DNA of 64,000 bases, from positions 256,001 to 320,000 of the forward strand of contig CAWDFP010000006.1 of NCBI GenBank assembly GCA_963801605.1, read 5' to 3'. Positions 60,142 through 64,000 of this stretch are shown here, in pieces (positions within the stretch are counted from its first letter, which is position 1; each line of letters opens with the position of its first letter). The DNA is from an uncultured candidate division Zixibacteria bacterium. Its GTDB lineage: Bacteria > Zixibacteria > MSB-5A5 > UBA10806. Below the pieces are notes generated by a model. The model did not search any database. It had not been told where the DNA came from and was given only the letters and a program-made list of their open reading frames with translations. The position numbers and the translations under genes are program-made.

Positions 60142-61620
60142 ATGGCGCTAAAAATTATCATTCTGGCGGCCTTCGCCCTGATGACTATCACGGTGGGCAT
60201 CATCGCCTCACGCAAAGCCCGCTCGTTTTCCGATTTCTTTTTAGGCGGTAACGATATCGGCCCCTGGATGACGGCTTTCACCTATGGCGCCGCTTATTTT
60301 TCGGCGGTGCTGTTCATCGGTTTTGCAGGCAAGATCGGTTGGGATTTCGGGATGTCAGGTCTCTGGATCGCCCTGGGCAATTCTTTTATCGGAGTTCTTG
60401 GGGTCTGGTGGATATTGGGCCCGCGAATTAAAAAGATGGCCACCGAAACCGGCGCTCAGACCATGGCAGAATATTTCGAGTTGCGATACAACAGCAAAGC
60501 CCTGAATATTTACACCTCGATTTGCATTTTCATTTTCTTTATCCCCTATACGGCGGCGGTATTTATGGGGCTTTCATATTTATTTAAAGCTAATTTCAAT
60601 GTCGAATATACTACGGCATTAATTTTCATGGGAGTTTTCACTGCTATATATCTGGTATTGGGCGGTTATCGTTCAATGACGATGATCGATGTTATCTTTG
60701 GAATAATCATGATTGCCGGAGTGATTACGCTTTTTTTCAGTACCGTAACCCGAGGCGGAGGCATGGCGATGATCTTTTCCGGGTTGGAAGCCATAAATCC
60801 CAAGTTGACATCGACTATCGGTCCGCCGGGAATCTGGCCTCTTTTCAGTCTGGTCTTTTTGACAAGCGTGGCTCCTTTTGCAATGCCGCAGCTTGTGCAG
60901 AAATTTTATGCGATTAAAGATCAACGTTCGATTCGAATCGGTATGGTGGCATCAACTATATTTTCAATCCTGATCGCGGGAGTCGCTTATTTTACCGGCG
61001 CCACCGCCAGGCTTTTTATAAATCCTGAAAATGCACCGGCCGCTTTCAATAATGGCAAGCCGGTGTTCGATGCCCTGGTACCGGAATTTTTAACCAAGGC
61101 GATACCGGAAGGCCTGGCAATCCTGATATTGCTTCTGGTGCTATCGGCCTCGATGTCAACCCTGGCGGCTTTGGTGCTTATTTCAAGCTCTACGGTCTCC
61201 AAAGATGTTTATCACAGATTTATCAATAAAAAGGCGAGCGATAAGAGGCTGACGATTCTGATGAGAGCCTGTAGCGCCTTTTTTGTGCTGCTTTCAGTGA
61301 TAATGGCCTATTTCAAACCGGCAACGATCGTGGCAATTCTGGGAATCTCCTGGGGCTCGATCGGGGCGGCTTTCCTGGGGCCGTTTGTGTGGGGATTACT
61401 CAGTAAACGAACCACCAAGTTTGGCGCATTTTCATCGTCAGTGCTTGGCCTGGCGACATGTTTGATACTATATGTTAAGGGAATTTCTCCGCCCGAGGCC
61501 GGTACAATTGGAATGCTGATATCTCTGGGGGCTTGCCCGATAATAAGCTTGTTCGCATTCGGCAAAGAACCGGTTATCGCTCCCGAGGTGCTTGAAGTAG
61601 AAGCGAAGCAGCGGATATAA
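60142..61620 (+). CDS. Sodium:solute symporter (SSS family)
   Basis: DFFLGG..GPWMTA, YLVLGGYRS, MPQLVQKFYA, SASMST, ~13 TM. Confidence 0.92.
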   Translation: MALKIIILAAFALMTITVGIIASRKARSFSDFFLGGNDIGPWMTAFTYGAAYFSAVLFIGFAGKIGWDFGMSGLWIALGNSFIGVLGVWWILGPRIKKMATETGAQTMAEYFELRYNSKALNIYTSICIFIFFIPYTAAVFMGLSYLFKANFNVEYTTALIFMGVFTAIYLVLGGYRSMTMIDVIFGIIMIAGVITLFFSTVTRGGGMAMIFSGLEAINPKLTSTIGPPGIWPLFSLVFLTSVAPFAMPQLVQKFYAIKDQRSIRIGMVASTIFSILIAGVAYFTGATARLFINPENAPAAFNNGKPVFDALVPEFLTKAIPEGLAILILLLVLSASMSTLAALVLISSSTVSKDVYHRFINKKASDKRLTILMRACSAFFVLLSVIMAYFKPATIVAILGISWGSIGAAFLGPFVWGLLSKRTTKFGAFSSSVLGLATCLILYVKGISPPEAGTIGMLISLGACPIISLFAFGKEPVIAPEVLEVEAKQRI

Positions 61621-61644
61621 ATATAGCTAAATTAAAATCAATTG

Positions 61645-61673
61645 CCGGGGATTATTATACTCCCCGGTTTTTT
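61645..61673 (+). terminator. Intrinsic terminator after the SSS gene
   Basis: ccgggga..tccccgg followed by T7. Confidence 0.7.
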
Positions 61674-62269
61674 TATTTCTTCACAACTCCCAGCGGAGCG
61701 ACTACCTTACCATAAACCTCATTTAATACCTGAGCCAAACCAGCATACATCGCCAGCAAACCGCAAATGATACCTTCAATGCCGGCAACCAGCTTAACGG
61801 CCGCGCTTTCGGTGGCATCGCCCAATGCTAACAGGAAGAAAAGCAGCGCCAGGGTGCCGAAAACAAGCTGTAAGGCGCGACTAATTTTCAGGGTTCCGAT
61901 AAACATGATGGCTGTAAACAGACCCCAGATAAAAAGATAGGACGCCATAGCCGCATTACCCGGAGCAGAGCCCCATCCGATACGAGGGAAAACAAGCAAC
62001 GCCACCAGGCTCATCCAGAAAAGGCCATAGGCGGTAAAAGCGGTTGTGCCAAATGTATTTTCCTTTTTCCATTCCATAATTCCGGCGATAACCTGCGCCA
62101 AACCTCCAAAAAACAGACCCATTCCCAGTATCATGGTATCGAGCGGGTATAGCCCGGCATTGTGCAGATTAAGGAGCACAGTGGTCATTCCAAATCCGAG
62201 TAAACCTAAAGGCGCCGGATTTGCGGTAGATTCTTTAACTATGCGCACCGAAGCGGCGGCGGTATCCAT
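61673..62269 (-). CDS. satP: Acetate/succinate uptake transporter (GPR1/FUN34/YaaH family)
   Basis: Signature [30 protein letters not shown]. Confidence 0.93.
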   Translation of the reverse strand: MDTAAASVRIVKESTANPAPLGLLGFGMTTVLLNLHNAGLYPLDTMILGMGLFFGGLAQVIAGIMEWKKENTFGTTAFTAYGLFWMSLVALLVFPRIGWGSAPGNAAMASYLFIWGLFTAIMFIGTLKISRALQLVFGTLALLFFLLALGDATESAAVKLVAGIEGIICGLLAMYAGLAQVLNEVYGKVVAPLGVVKK

Positions 62270-62440
62270 TACTTTCCTCCATTCATCAATTTAGTATCCG
62301 ATCATCGACCTTATTTAATATCCCATGCCACGTTTGTCCATAATAATTCCGGGGTTACGATATGCTTGCTTAGTTTGAGATTTCATTATAACTTATACTT
62401 TGAAATGGAATATTAAACAATTAAGGCGGAATCAAACCCT

Positions 62441-63358
62441 ATGAAATTTGAAAATATCATTTTGCACGAGGTGGGGCCACGAGATGGTTTACAGGTCGAA
62501 AAGACCAGTGTGCCGCTGGATGAGAAAATTCGCTGGATAGATGGTGTTCTTAAAAGTGGAATCGATATCATTCAGCTTGGCTCCTTTGTCAATCCGGAAA
62601 AGGTGCCTCAAATGGCCGATACCGATAAGCTTTTCGCGCATTACGCATCGGTGGATAAAAAAGGAGTGATTTTATCGGCATTAGTGCTCAATGAAAAGGG
62701 GTTGGAGCGTGGCCTCGCTTGCGGAGTTGAGATGTTCTGCATGGGTGTTTCCGCCAGTGAGACTCATAGCAAGAAAAACACCGGCATGACCACGTCGGAG
62801 GCGTTGGGGCGAATTATACCGATGGCTAAACAAGCGCAAGCGGCCGGGAAAAAAGTACAGGTTTCGATTCAATCGGCGTTCGGTTGCGGTTTCGAGGGGC
62901 CAGTACCGGCGGAAAGAGTGCTTTCAATCGCCAAAGAGTATTTTGCCAATGACATTAGAAATATCAGCTTAGCCGATACAGCCGGACATGGCAACCCCGT
63001 TCAGGTTGAAGAGCTTTTCGGATCGCTAAAAGAACTTGAACCTGATGCACAGCTGGCCTGCCATTTCCATAATACTTATGGCCTGGGGTTAGCTAACTGC
63101 TACGCCGCGTTGAAATCAGGTGTTACATCCTTTGAGAGCGCATTTGGCGGTTTGGGCGGATGCCCCTTTACAAAGCTTCCGGCCGGTAATGTTTCCACCG
63201 AAGACCTGGTTCATTCGCTGCAGCGCATGGGGCTTCGTCGCGATATCAAGCTTGATATTCTGCTCGATGTGGCTCGTATGGTGGCAGGCTACTTTAACAG
63301 AGAGCTGCCGGGCTTTATCCTGAAATCCGGATCAATTGTTGATTTTAAGAAAGTCTAA
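62441..63358 (+). CDS. Hydroxymethylglutaryl-CoA lyase family protein
   Basis: EVGPRDGLQ, SLADTAG, HFHNTYG, GGLGGCPF..GNVSTED. Confidence 0.92.
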   Translation: MKFENIILHEVGPRDGLQVEKTSVPLDEKIRWIDGVLKSGIDIIQLGSFVNPEKVPQMADTDKLFAHYASVDKKGVILSALVLNEKGLERGLACGVEMFCMGVSASETHSKKNTGMTTSEALGRIIPMAKQAQAAGKKVQVSIQSAFGCGFEGPVPAERVLSIAKEYFANDIRNISLADTAGHGNPVQVEELFGSLKELEPDAQLACHFHNTYGLGLANCYAALKSGVTSFESAFGGLGGCPFTKLPAGNVSTEDLVHSLQRMGLRRDIKLDILLDVARMVAGYFNRELPGFILKSGSIVDFKKV

Positions 63359-63375
63359 TATCGCAGGAGAATAAA

Positions 63376-64000
63376 ATGAAGCTTCTTGAAAAAATCCGCG
63401 TGATCGATATGACCAATGTCCTTTCGGGACCGTTTACCACGTTACATCTATCGCTATTAGGCGCCGAGGTAATTAAAATAGAAAATCCCGATGGTGGAGA
63501 TTTAGCTCGAAAACTGGGCAATGTCCCCAAGCTCAACAAAGAACTGATGGGCACGAGTTTCTTAGCACAGAACGCCAACAAGAAATCGTTAACGTTGAAC
63601 TTGAAAGTACCCGAGGCCAAGGAGATTTTCGGGAAGCTTCTAAAAACAGCCGATGTGGTAGTTGAAAATTTTCGTCCCGGCGTGATGGCCCGGTTGGGTT
63701 TCTCATACGAAGAGATCTGCAAGATTAATCCCAAAATTGTTTATTGCGCTATCTCGGGTTTCGGGCAGACCGGTCCGGATGCTTTTAAGCCAGCCTATGA
63801 CCAGATTATCCAGGGGCTTTCCGGAGTGATGGATGTCAATGGAGACGAGCGGCTTCATCCTCTGCGCGCCGGTTTCCCGGTTTGCGATACCGTCGGCGGC
63901 CTGAATGCCGCCTTTGCGATCATGGCAGCGTTATATCATCGGGAACGAACCGGTGAGGGTCAGTTTATTGATATCGCCTTGCTTGATGCTATTATGCCGC
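63376..64000 (+). CDS. Family III (CaiB/BaiF) CoA-transferase, runs off the window
   Basis: Not in the ORF track. Manual translation: MKLLEKIRVIDMTNVLSGPF..LGAEVIKIE..NANKKSLTLNLK..ADVVVENFRPGVM..SGFGQTGP. Confidence 0.93.
   Translation, partial: MKLLEKIRVIDMTNVLSGPFTTLHLSLLGAEVIKIENPDGGDLARKLGNVPKLNKELMGTSFLAQNANKKSLTLNLKVPEAKEIFGKLLKTADVVVENFRPGVMARLGFSYEEICKINPKIVYCAISGFGQTGPDAFKPAYDQIIQGLSGVMDVNGDERLHPLRAGFPVCDTVGGLNAAFAIMAALYHRERTGEGQFIDIALLDAIMP

Overview
Window from a diderm bacterium, probably candidate phylum Zixibacteria. This is inferred from the many 'NGLDVxYL..YFKGG' dockerins and 'YPNPFN...GVYF..KMxLLK' C-terminal sorting domains (CTD). Three blocks stand out. (1) 2.2-26.8 kb: eight co-oriented minus-strand genes for secreted proteins built from cohesin-like, dockerin, cadherin-like Ig and T9SS-type CTD modules. 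They include an S8 protease, a 27-repeat 2657-aa protein and a ~1650-aa Cys-rich protein, and look like a non-cellulolytic, cellulosome-like surface assembly with two dockerin classes. (2) 27.4 kb: an unannotated 21-aa peptide gene (MFEIEELEERIAPAGYIGAGS) with a perfect RBS and its own terminator, facing a coupled GAF-PAS histidine kinase / Ser-Thr kinase-TPR pair. (3) 48.0-58.6 kb: a six-gene operon encoding a cytochrome b-like membrane protein, 20-, 58- and 10-heme c cytochromes, a beta-barrel porin and a membrane-anchored ferredoxin-FAD/NAD(P)H oxidoreductase. This is a candidate complete trans-envelope electron conduit. The rest encodes a GH35-like protein, a type III PKS, a UvrD-nuclease fusion, KtrAB, TsaD, a MATE transporter and an organic-acid uptake/CoA-catabolism cluster. 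Several single-base frameshifts are probably sequencing errors. All calls come from reading the sequence and motifs by eye; no searches were run.
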